This document shows positions 8,779 through 18,200 of a stretch of 64,000 bases of DNA, one piece after another; the first letter of the stretch is position 1; every line of letters begins with the position of its first letter. Below the pieces are notes generated by a model. The model worked only from the letters and a program-made list of their open reading frames with translations, was not told where the DNA came from and searched no databases. The translations under genes and the position numbers were made by a program. The stretch comes from Planctomycetota bacterium (lineage in GTDB: Bacteria; Planctomycetota; UBA1135; UBA2386): assembly GCA_947501605.1 (NCBI GenBank), contig CANMWZ010000008.1, forward strand, positions 32,001-96,000, read 5' to 3'.

Positions 8779-11039
8779 GGCAGATAGCGCGACAGTCGCG
8801 CCCCCAGTCGGTTGGCGAACATGGTTGGCATCTTGGACCACATTCGGCGTGGCAGGTCCAGCTTGGGGTTGCCTGGGTGGAAGTCAGGCGGCTTGGCGCC
8901 ATCACCGACGAGGATGTACTCGTAGCGAAGCGGCTCCGAGACGAAGCCCATGTTCTTCTTGAAGTGCGCCGGGCCCGACTCCAGTCGGCTTCGGCCAAAG
9001 TCGAACCGCGTGAATCCTTCTTCCACGGCCCACTCCATGATGCCGCAGTAGATGAGGTTGTTGGCACCCGTGTCGTTGATGCCGGTCAGTGAGCCTGAGT
9101 AGTAGGCATTGACTGTGTCGCGGAACAAGAAGCTCATCACCGCGGCCAGGGTCTTGCCCTGTGGATCCACAACGCGATGGAAGACGACTTTGCGGCCGAA
9201 CTCCTCGCACAGCGCCGCGAACCAGCGCTTGGGCAGCGCCGGCGAACCGAGCCGCTGTTTGTTCTCCGCAAACAGATCGAAGAACATGTCGAGATCGCAA
9301 TCGGATTGCACACTGAGACCATGCCCGACCTCTTCACCGCCCTGCGGTCGCCGGGCCCGGCGCACTTCGGCACGCGCCTTCTTCGGGATGGCTGGCAAGA
9401 CCTTGGCAGGATCATCAGGCAGGTTGCAGCGGAACGTCACGTAGAGCTGCGAGTTGGTGCGCACGCCAGGACGTTCCTCCAGGTGGCGCAGCTCGACATA
9501 GCCGGCAGCGAGTCGGCGGCCGAGCTCGGCGGCATAGTCCAGCAGTGCTTGCTGCGCATGTAGGGACTCGGCGAGCGCCCCGCCATAGACGCCGTAGGGC
9601 ACGCTGATCAGATTGCGGCCCAAGAAGGGGCTCTTCACCAGGAACAGCGGCAGCACACCGATCCAGCGGCGACCCTGCTCGACGATTAGGTAGTGCGGCT
9701 CGTGGTGGAACACCTCGGTCGTGCACCGCCGCCAACCGCTCAGATGGAAGAAGGAGCCGTGTGGGTGCCGCGTGACGAAGGCATCCCAGCGGGAGTCCTC
9801 TCCGGGCAGCAGCTCTCGGACCCGCATCGTCGTGAGATCGACGGGCGAAGCCGCCGCGCCATTCTCCATCTCTCTCGGCGGACCTTCGCTTGTTGCTGTC
9901 GCGCTGGCAGCCGGATTGATCGCAATCGCGGCCGGACGCGGCGGCGGAGGGAGCGCGCCCTCGTGCTCCGGCAGTGGCAACGGCAATGGCTCCGGCGCCC
10001 CTTTCGTGGCTGTCACCGGCAGCAGATCCACCACCGCCGCGATCGGATCGCTCGGGCCGCGGCTGCCTTCGCCATGGGTCGACACCACTTCCGCGCCGCC
10101 TTCAATCACCTCTTCGACCTTGTAGTCGCGCAGGTTCGGAGCCTGCGTAAAGATGATGATCTCGCCGATCAGGCCAAAGCCAATGAGCTGCACGCCAAAC
10201 GCCGCCAGAATGGCGCCGATGACGAATAGCGGACGGTCAGCGAGGCCGACGCCCAAGAACAGCTTGGCGTAGATCGGCTGCGCGGCGAGAGCCACACCGA
10301 GCACCATGCCCAGGAAGCCCACATAGCCAAAGAACCGCAAGGGCTGCTGCGTGAAACGCGTGAGGAACGAGATCGCGAGGATGTCGAGCAGGCGACGCAG
10401 GTAGACCCCGACGCCATAAAACCCGGCGCGCCCGCGTTCCTCGCGGTGACGGACCTTGACCTCGACGACGCGGAAGCCCTGCCGCAGCGCCAGTACCGGC
10501 AGAAAGCGGTAGAGCTCGCCGTAGACGCTGACTTCCTCCAACACCTGCTTGCGGAACCCGCGCGTGCCCGAGTTCAGATCGTGGTAGGGCATTCCCATCA
10601 CGACGCGCAGCATGAAGTTGAACAACCGCGACTGCAGTTGATTGAGCCACGGATCGACTCGCGGCGTGCGCCACGTTGCGACACAGTCGGCGCCGGCTTC
10701 GAGCGCCGCCACCACCTTGAGGACGTCCTCCGGTTCGGTCTGCAAGTACGGCGGGACGTTGACGATGTAGATGCCCTCGGCCCTCGCTACGCCGGCCGAC
10801 AGTGCGATGGACTCTCCCAGTCCGCCGCCCTGGAGTCGCACGATCTTGATCGGACAACTGCACTGCATCGACTCGATCTGGCGTTCTACTGGTCCCACAG
10901 GCCCGTCGAGCACGAGCACGAACTCAACCGCATAGCCGCCCTGCGTCAGCGCTTCGTAGAGCGCGGTGACCACTTTCTGGGGCTGCGCTTCGGGGTTGCC
11001 GATCGGGACGACGACTGAGACGAGTGTATGGACGCTCAT
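8775..11039 (-). CDS. Fusion: degenerate ArnC/DPM1-like GT2 domain + 2 TM + Pro/Ala linker + FemAB-like (GNAT) exosortase-A-system domain
   Basis: ATG 11039 overlaps the upstream stop. GT2 features VSVVVP, YGELYRFLPVLA, V-HRE; FemAB-like WDAFV..HPHGSFFHLSGW, LISVPYGVYGG, FDFGRS, FKKNMGF. One continuous ORF. Confidence 0.85.
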   Translation of the reverse strand: MSVHTLVSVVVPIGNPEAQPQKVVTALYEALTQGGYAVEFVLVLDGPVGPVERQIESMQCSCPIKIVRLQGGGLGESIALSAGVARAEGIYIVNVPPYLQTEPEDVLKVVAALEAGADCVATWRTPRVDPWLNQLQSRLFNFMLRVVMGMPYHDLNSGTRGFRKQVLEEVSVYGELYRFLPVLALRQGFRVVEVKVRHREERGRAGFYGVGVYLRRLLDILAISFLTRFTQQPLRFFGYVGFLGMVLGVALAAQPIYAKLFLGVGLADRPLFVIGAILAAFGVQLIGFGLIGEIIIFTQAPNLRDYKVEEVIEGGAEVVSTHGEGSRGPSDPIAAVVDLLPVTATKGAPEPLPLPLPEHEGALPPPPRPAAIAINPAASATATSEGPPREMENGAAASPVDLTTMRVRELLPGEDSRWDAFVTRHPHGSFFHLSGWRRCTTEVFHHEPHYLIVEQGRRWIGVLPLFLVKSPFLGRNLISVPYGVYGGALAESLHAQQALLDYAAELGRRLAAGYVELRHLEERPGVRTNSQLYVTFRCNLPDDPAKVLPAIPKKARAEVRRARRPQGGEEVGHGLSVQSDCDLDMFFDLFAENKQRLGSPALPKRWFAALCEEFGRKVVFHRVVDPQGKTLAAVMSFLFRDTVNAYYSGSLTGINDTGANNLIYCGIMEWAVEEGFTRFDFGRSRLESGPAHFKKNMGFVSEPLRYEYILVGDGAKPPDFHPGNPKLDLPRRMWSKMPTMFANRLGARLSRYLP

Positions 11040-12058
11040 CGACTGGCCTCCCGAGCGGTGACGGAGATCCGCTGACGGAAGAACCGCGACACCTTGATCT
11101 GCAGTTCGGCTAGGAACCCGAGAAGAAAGACGTTGGCGGCAACCAGGAACGCGACGGAGCCAGCCGCCACCGCCGCGAGATCGTAGTCCTGGAACCAGTG
11201 CCACGAGCCATCGACGCTGACCTTGACGAAGCCGAGCACGAACAGCGCCGGCGCGACGAAGAACAGCGGCAACGACAACAGCAAGAACCAGCGAATCGGG
11301 TGGGCGGCGAAGTTGATCAGCATCTTGATGCCGACCAAATCGGCGAGAACACGAAAGATGCGGCCCAGACCGTACTTCGACTTGCCCGCATGTCGCGCAT
11401 GGTGCCTCACAGGGAGTTCGGTGATGCGCGCGCCGATGCCCACGCCGAGCGCCGCCATGAATCGGTGCATGTCCGAATACAGGTGGAGCGTGCGCACAAC
11501 CCAGCCGCGGTAGGCCTTGAGCGAACAGCCGGTGTCGTGGATCCGGGCGCCGGTGACGCGAGCGATCAGCAGGTTCGCAAAACGGCTCGGCAACAGGCGC
11601 GTGGCCACGCGGTCCTGCCGGTTTCGACGCCAACCACAAACCACGTCGTAGCCCTGGTCGATGCGTTCGAGCAAGCGGCCGATGTCTGCCGGGTCATTCT
11701 GCAGGTCGCCATCCATCGTCACGACGATGCGGCCGCGCGACTGCTGGAAGCCGGCTGCCATTGCCGCCGTCTGGCCGTAGTTGCGGCGAAAGAACACCAG
11801 ACGCAAGTGTGGATCGCCCGCGGCCAGCGCACGCATGGTGTTGCGCCCACCATCGCGACTGCCGTCGTCAACCAAGACGATCTCATAGCTGCGACCGAGG
11901 TCACGCAGCGCAAAGGTCAGCGCCGAGTAGAGCGGCGCCAAGTTGTCGCGTTCGTTGTAAATGGGCACGACGACGCTGACGTCAGGTGCGGGTTGGGTTG
12001 GGCCGCGCGGCTCCAGGATCGCCATCGTCGAGGGGGGTGCTTCGTAGGCCTGTGGCAT
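11036..12058 (-). CDS. GT2 glycosyltransferase, ArnC/DPM1-like (polyprenol-phosphate glycosyltransferase type)
   Basis: VSVVVPIYNE, VDDGSRD, RNYGQTAA, TMDGDLQNDP, HDTGCSLKAY, MHRF, GKSKYG; two C-terminal TMs. Start chosen at MPQAYE. Confidence 0.92.
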   Translation of the reverse strand: MPQAYEAPPSTMAILEPRGPTQPAPDVSVVVPIYNERDNLAPLYSALTFALRDLGRSYEIVLVDDGSRDGGRNTMRALAAGDPHLRLVFFRRNYGQTAAMAAGFQQSRGRIVVTMDGDLQNDPADIGRLLERIDQGYDVVCGWRRNRQDRVATRLLPSRFANLLIARVTGARIHDTGCSLKAYRGWVVRTLHLYSDMHRFMAALGVGIGARITELPVRHHARHAGKSKYGLGRIFRVLADLVGIKMLINFAAHPIRWFLLLSLPLFFVAPALFVLGFVKVSVDGSWHWFQDYDLAAVAAGSVAFLVAANVFLLGFLAELQIKVSRFFRQRISVTAREASR

Positions 12059-12069
12059 CGTGCGCAGAC

Positions 12070-12459
12070 CTACAAGAGGGTCATCGTCGCGGACACCGCT
12101 GCCGCCGCAAGCGCGACGAGCACGATCCAACGAACTCGGAGTCGGCGGTAGTGCGAGGAACGATGCCCCGGACCTTGCAAGACGGTGGCGAAGTGACCTG
12201 GCAACGTGCGCTCGGCGGCGGCCAGATCGCCGCGCGCGATATGGTCGAGCGCGCCTTGAACGCGACCCGGCAACTGCTCATCGAGGCCGAGGTCGGCGAT
12301 CAGATCGCGCACGGTCAGACCCTTGAACTCGCGGCGCAACCGCACTTTCAGCTTGGCTTCGGCAGTAGTAGCGGCCGACGGATGCCCCCATGGCAGCGGC
12401 GTATGCGTGCCCGCTCCACCGAGCCCATCCTCCGGTGGCTGGTTGCCGTCGTCGTGCAT
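12070..12459 (-). CDS. Hypothetical protein with C-terminal membrane anchor (129 aa)
   Basis: AGGAG RBS upstream of ATG 12459; helical core, then RRLRVRW followed by a hydrophobic tail. Confidence 0.6.
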   Translation of the reverse strand: MHDDGNQPPEDGLGGAGTHTPLPWGHPSAATTAEAKLKVRLRREFKGLTVRDLIADLGLDEQLPGRVQGALDHIARGDLAAAERTLPGHFATVLQGPGHRSSHYRRLRVRWIVLVALAAAAVSATMTLL

Positions 12460-12586
12460 TCGCTCTCCTATCGGCAGGGCAAGGGCCTTGTCTCCATGCC
12501 CCGTGCGCGCCGGCAGTGGCTCCGCTACCATCGGAGTCCGCTTCCCCTCCCCTTCCTGAACCCTAAGACCGCCAGGAGTTTGCGCG

Positions 12587-13636
12587 ATGGACAGGCCTGT
12601 GCGCATCGGGCTCGCTGGCATCGAAGACAGCCGGCTCCAGGCCGAACTGGAGGCCTTGCCGCGACAGCTGCAGGTCCGCAGCTTCAGTTCGGTGTTCCAG
12701 GCAATCGACGGCTTGCTGGCGCTCGACCCTGACCTGTTGTTCGTCGGCCTGGAGGAAGGCGCCAACCTCGACGAGTTGACGGGCGCCTTGGTGTTGACCA
12801 AGCGACTGTGCCCCCTCGTCGCCTTCGTGCTCGTCGCCCCGAGCGCCCGGGAAGTAGAACTCGCAGCCTTGAGGCAGCGGATCGGGGCGGACCTACTGCG
12901 CTTGCCGCATTCTCGGGCCGAGGTCGCGCGTGTCGTCGACGCGGCGCTCTTCAGCGGCGACCGGCCGCGTAGCGAGGTGTTCCTGGATCTCCTCCACGGC
13001 GTCGCCGACGAGATCAACAACCCACTGCAGTTCTTGCTCGGCTACCTGCAACTCCTCCAGTTGCAGCTCGAAGGGCCGGACCACCGCGACGCAATGGACC
13101 AGATCGCAGCGGCCATCGATGGCGCCCACCGGATCAAGGCGACGGTCGAGCGCCTTGCCGGCATCGAACACGCCGCTGCCGGTCCGCGTCGAGCCGATCC
13201 CTTCGACGTTCGCACGGCACTCGAAGCCAGCCTGAAGCGCCGAACTTCTGGGCGCGCGACACCAACCGTGGTGCGTGAGCCGGCGCGGGGTTCGTTCTTG
13301 GTGCCTGGCGACCCCGAGATCCTACGCCCGGCATTCGACGGCCTTGCCGCCGCCGCACTCGAGTTCGAGGAAGCCGGCGCCACGGTGCACTTTGTCGTGA
13401 CCCGAATCGATGCGGCTGTACGGCTGCGCCTGTCTCTGCGTGGCGACGCGTTTGGCGATTGGCAGTTGCCGCGGACTTGGGAACCCTACTACCTCTGCCG
13501 AGTGCTGCGAGGCAGCGCCCACGGCCTGTCGTTCTTCCTGTTGCAGACCGCCGTGCATGCGCACCGTGGGCAGGTGACGGCTCGACGATTGCCAGACGCC
13601 GCCATTGCCATCGATATCGAACTGCCACGCCACTGA
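12587..13636 (+). CDS. Degenerate receiver + HisKA + HATPase protein (probable pseudo-histidine kinase)
   Basis: AGGAG RBS. H-box-like GVADEINNPL with His replaced by Asp; receiver-like PDLLFVG; HATPase-like tail WEPYY...GSAHGLSFFLLQTAVHAHRGQV. Confidence 0.75.
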   Translation: MDRPVRIGLAGIEDSRLQAELEALPRQLQVRSFSSVFQAIDGLLALDPDLLFVGLEEGANLDELTGALVLTKRLCPLVAFVLVAPSAREVELAALRQRIGADLLRLPHSRAEVARVVDAALFSGDRPRSEVFLDLLHGVADEINNPLQFLLGYLQLLQLQLEGPDHRDAMDQIAAAIDGAHRIKATVERLAGIEHAAAGPRRADPFDVRTALEASLKRRTSGRATPTVVREPARGSFLVPGDPEILRPAFDGLAAAALEFEEAGATVHFVVTRIDAAVRLRLSLRGDAFGDWQLPRTWEPYYLCRVLRGSAHGLSFFLLQTAVHAHRGQVTARRLPDAAIAIDIELPRH

Positions 13637-13733
13637 GTCCGCGCCAAGGGGTGTCGTCCTATCCGCAGGAGGGCTGCAGTCAGGGCACCGTCCTGGTCGA
13701 TGGATGCCCGTCTGCTTTCGCAGACGGTTGCCC

Positions 13734-15113
13734 ATGGCCAAGGTCCTCGTCGCCGATTCCGATCCCCAGAGCCAGGAGTCACTCCATGACGTCTTGGTTC
13801 GATCTGGGCATATCGTCGAAGCGACGACCACAGGCGAGGCTGCCATTCGTGCAGTCGATGACGGCGACATCGATCTCCTCATCTGCGACGCCGATCTGCC
13901 CGACCTTCCCGGCATCGAACTGCTGGCCGCAGTACGCCGGAGCCATCCGACGACGGCTGTGATCCTCACCACGGCGTTCGGCTCGGTCGATGATGCCGTC
14001 CACGCCATGCGCGAGGGCGCGGCCGATCTGTTGCGCAAGCCGTTCAGCGCCGACCAAGCGCGCCTAGCCATCGATCGCGCGCTCGAGCGTTCGCTCCTGG
14101 TTCGCGAGAACCAGAATCTCCGTCAGGCGCTCGACGACCGGGTGCAGATTGGCAACCTGATCGGCGAAGACCCGCGCATGCAGGCGATCTTCAAGACCGT
14201 GCGCGCGGTCGCCGACACGCGCACGACCGTCCTGGTCACCGGCGAATCGGGCACCGGCAAGACGGTTGTCGCACGCGGCTTGCACGCGCTCAGCCCGCGG
14301 CGCAACGGTCCCTTCGTCGAGGTCAACTGCGGCGCGCTGCCCGAGACCCTGCTCGAATCGGAGCTCTTCGGCCATGTCCGAGGGTCGTTCACGGGCGCGA
14401 TCAAGGACAAGCCGGGCAAGTTCGAAGCGGCTCATGGCGGCACGATCTTCCTCGACGAGATCGGCACCAGCACCCCGGCGTTCCAAGTGCGGCTCCTCCG
14501 CGTCCTCCAAGATCGCGTGCTCGAACGCGTCGGCGACAACCGCACGATCGCACTGGATGTCCGCATCGTGCTGGCCACCAACCTCGATCTCGAGCAGGCC
14601 GTTCGCGACGGACGGTTCCGCGAAGACCTCTATTACCGCATCAATGTCGTCTCGATCGAGATGCCGCCGCTGCGCCAACGACAGGAGGACATCCCGGCAT
14701 TGGCGATGCACTTCCTGCGGCGCTTCGCCAAGGACCACGGCAAGCGCGTCGAGCGACTGACTCCAGCCGCCACTGCAGTTCTGCGTCGAGCCCGCTGGCC
14801 CGGCAACGTCCGCCAACTCGAGAACGTCCTGGAACGCGCCGTCGTGTTCAGCCAGTCGCCGGTCATCGACGTGGCCGACCTGCCGCCGAATCTCGTTGAA
14901 CAGGATGCTCTACCTGCAGCTGCGAACGCCGCCACACCGCCGGTCGCGCTCGAACCGGTGCAGCCACTGCGCACCGCACTCGACGCTGCCGAGCGACGCA
15001 TCCTCGAACAGGCGCTCGTGCACTGCGACGGCAATCGCGAACGTGCCGCCAAAGTGCTCGGTATCAACCGCAGCACCTTGTTCGCCAAACTCCGCCGCTA
15101 CGGCGTCCGGTGA
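13734..15113 (+). CDS. Sigma-54-dependent NtrC-family response regulator (REC-AAA+-Fis HTH)
   Basis: Receiver DLLICD...TAF...KPF; Walker A GESGTGKT; ESELFGH, GSFTGA, FLDEI, FREDLYYR, WPGNVRQLEN; HTH AAKVLGINRSTL. Confidence 0.95.
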   Translation: MAKVLVADSDPQSQESLHDVLVRSGHIVEATTTGEAAIRAVDDGDIDLLICDADLPDLPGIELLAAVRRSHPTTAVILTTAFGSVDDAVHAMREGAADLLRKPFSADQARLAIDRALERSLLVRENQNLRQALDDRVQIGNLIGEDPRMQAIFKTVRAVADTRTTVLVTGESGTGKTVVARGLHALSPRRNGPFVEVNCGALPETLLESELFGHVRGSFTGAIKDKPGKFEAAHGGTIFLDEIGTSTPAFQVRLLRVLQDRVLERVGDNRTIALDVRIVLATNLDLEQAVRDGRFREDLYYRINVVSIEMPPLRQRQEDIPALAMHFLRRFAKDHGKRVERLTPAATAVLRRARWPGNVRQLENVLERAVVFSQSPVIDVADLPPNLVEQDALPAAANAATPPVALEPVQPLRTALDAAERRILEQALVHCDGNRERAAKVLGINRSTLFAKLRRYGVR

Positions 15114-15160
15114 TCTCGTGTCTTCACCGACGCCAGTGCGCACCTTCTTGCCTTCGATGC

Positions 15161-15177
15161 CTGGCACACGGACGGCA
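15161..15177 (+). promoter_or_regulatory. Candidate sigma-54 (-24/-12) promoter of the TPR gene
   Basis: CTGGCACACGGACGGCA gives GG-N10-GC spacing with a good -24 (TGGCAC) and an imperfect -12. It lies right after a sigma-54 activator gene. A TATAAC hexamer nearer the ATG is an alternative sigma-70 -10. Confidence 0.35.
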
Positions 15178-15233
15178 CCTTCGGGCTGCGTCCTGTCGCT
15201 ACGGACGACCCTCGCTATAACAAGGACCACTGC

Positions 15234-18200
15234 ATGTTCCGGCGCAGCCTGATCCTCATTCTCGCCCTTCTGCTGTTGAGCCTCGCGTTCACGGTGGGCT
15301 ACGCGCTGTTGCCGCTGCGCGGTCCCGAAGATCTGCTGGCCGATGCCCGCATGAAGCTACAGCAGGGCGAAGCCGTGGCAGGCGTCAAGCTGCTCGATCA
15401 GAGCGAGGTCTCACCCGCACTGCTGAACACGCCAGGCCTTCGGCGCGAGGTTTGGAAGATGCGGCTGCAAGCCCATCGCACGCTCGACGTACCCCGTCGC
15501 GCCCTCGACGACATCGAGAACCTCATCCGCGAGGGCGATGAAGATCTCTCGTTGCGCATGGACCGTGTGTACTACCTTGGTCGCCTGGGCCAGGGTGACG
15601 AAGCCCGCAAGCTGGCGCTCGAGTTCACCGCCGCCAATCCGAACGTGGCACGCGGTCTCGAGCTGGCGGCCGAAGCCTGCAAGGTTGCCTACACCGACCC
15701 GCTCCGCGAGACCTCGAAGAACCTCCGTGCTGAACTCGGCTACGACGACCAGCGCGACGGCATGGCGGCGTTCCTCGAATTCGTGTACCGGCCGGAAGGC
15801 GATCCCGGCATCGAGGCGGCTCGGCAGAAGCTACAGATCCTCTACAGCCGCGAAGCGCGGCTGGCGCAGAAGTGGCCAGTTCTGCACGACCAACTGCGAG
15901 GCTTGCGCGAGCGCGTGCAGGAAGCACTCACGCTCTTCCAGCGCGCCCTCGAAGTCGCCGGATCCGAACCAACGCAGCGAGGCAACAACCTGTTTGCCGC
16001 TGCCTACAACGGCGTTGCCTTTGCACTGCAACAAGCCGAACGGACCGACGATCTCGTGGCCCAGTCCGAGATCTACCTTTCGACCTACGGTCATGGCTAC
16101 CGCACGGACGCTGCGATTGCCGAGACCGCGGCCAACTACCGTGACGGTCTCTACGAAGCCGCAGTCGAGGCCGCCGAACGCTTCCTGCCTGACGCGCAAC
16201 TCGGCGAGCGACTCGCCAAGAACGCAGTTCTCTGGCAGATCCGAAGCCTCATCGTGATCAAGGCCCTCGCCCTCTACCGACTCGGTCGTCGTGAGGAGCT
16301 TGGCAACCTGGCGCAGACCTGCACGAAGTACATGGAGGGCCGCGGTTACCTCAACGCCCTACCCGGACTCCTGTGGGGCTTGGCCAACGTCCTTGGCAAG
16401 CAACGCGAGCACACAGCGAACAATCTCGGCTGGTTCATTGACATGAGCCTGCGGGAGCCGGCGCCGCAGAATGACGACGACCCGGTCGACCTGCTGATGC
16501 CGTTGCGCATCGAGTATGCGATCAGTGACGGCAAGCCGGTTACCGAACTGCTCGCCACACTCGACTCGTGGAGTGTCTATCGACCGAGCAATCCGCTGCC
16601 GCAGGTCATGCGGGCTCGCCTCCAGATCCGCTTCGGTCAGGAAGCTGCTGCCATGGCAACGGCCAACGCCATTCTCCAGCAGCGCCCTGAGGACGAAGAA
16701 GCACTGCGCCTCTTGGCAGAAGCTGCAGACCTCGCCTACCGAGCCTCGCAGCAGGACGGCAACTCGCTCCTGCTGCAGTGTCTCCAACGTGGCACCGATC
16801 GCCCAGACGCGCCGCCGGCCCCGATCTGCTATCTCCTCTGTGGCGAAGCCGCCCTGAAGCAGCAGCGTCCGGTACTAGCACGGTCGTGTGCGCGACTGGC
16901 CGCCGATCGATTCCCCTGGTCAAGGTGGCCGTTCTTGCTGGAGGCTCGGGCCGAGATCCTCGCCAACAATGCCGAAGGCGCGATCGAAGTGCTCGACCGC
17001 CTGATCGTCTCGCATCCGGAGTGCGACGAAGCCGTTCGCCTGGCGTTCGAGGTTCGCACTGCCAATGAAATGCCGGTCCGCGCCTTGCTACCCATGGCAG
17101 TGCGCGTGATGCCCGATTCGAAGGACGTGCTCGCCGCACTGTTGCGCTGCGCCATCGAAGACGACAGTCCTGGCCTCCTGGCGTTGGCCCGCCGCGCCAT
17201 TGCGATGCCCGATGCATCGGCCAAGTTGTTGGCGCTTGCTGCCACCGCGGTGGCCAGCAAAGGCGAGGCGATCAACGCTCTGACCGTTCTTGCCCGCGCG
17301 CGTGCCGCGATGCCACCGACGCTCGATGCGCGCACGGGCGCCGATCTCCTGAGCGCTGGCCTCGCGTGTCTCACGGCCTCGGCCGCGGTCACCGAGGACG
17401 CCATGTTGCTCGAACTCGCGCGCATGGCTGTTGCGGACCTGCACTGGAACGGTCCCGAGGCAGCGCGCGCCTTTGCGACCGCGGCAGCGGCCCTCTGGCG
17501 GACCAAGCGCCCGCGCACCGCCAGCATGCTGCTTGGCGAGGCCCTCGCCCTCGGCGATGCCATCGAGATTCGCGACGGCGCCACGCACGCCTTGGCCGGC
17601 GAGCTGTCGTTGGCCCTTGGCCGCACCGAAGCAGCGCGCACCCACTTCACCGCAGCCCTGAGCTTCGACGACGGGGTCCACGCCGCCGAGAGTTTGGCGC
17701 GACTCGAGTTCCTGCATGGCGACACGGCCCGCGCCATCGCTGCCTTGGCGATGGCACCGATCGTCGAGGATCCGGCCCTCGCCATACTGCTTGGCCATTC
17801 GGGCGCGAACGTCCTGGTCCAGAAGCAGCTGGCTCGCGATCCGAGCGATTTGCTCGTGGCCACGGCCTACGCCCTGACTGTGACCGGCAAGCCCAGGCCA
17901 TTCGGTGAAGAACTCGGGCGAGCGCCGGCCGATCTCCAACGCGAGGTCCTTACGTTGTGCTGCCAGCTTGCCGAACCAAGACTCGCAGGCCAAGCCGTCC
18001 AAAGCGCAGCGACCTTGCGCCAGAGACTGATCAGCTCACCAACGCTTGCCATGCTGCATGCACGCGCGTTGGCCGCAGCCGGCGATGTCACCGCCGCTGC
18101 AGCGATTCACGCCACCCTCTTCGAGAACGGATCGCGTTCTCTACCCCTCTACGGCGAAGTCGTCCGCGCCCGCGCCCTCCCTGGCTACGTTGTGCCGCGG

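Noticed and set aside
12070..12459. Possible exosortase substrate (C-terminal TM)
   Set aside because: No PEP motif, and the basic cluster precedes rather than follows the TM.
14383..14400. GSFTGA instead of GAFTGA in the sigma-54 activator
   Set aside because: A conservative variant seen in other activators; the key F and T are retained.
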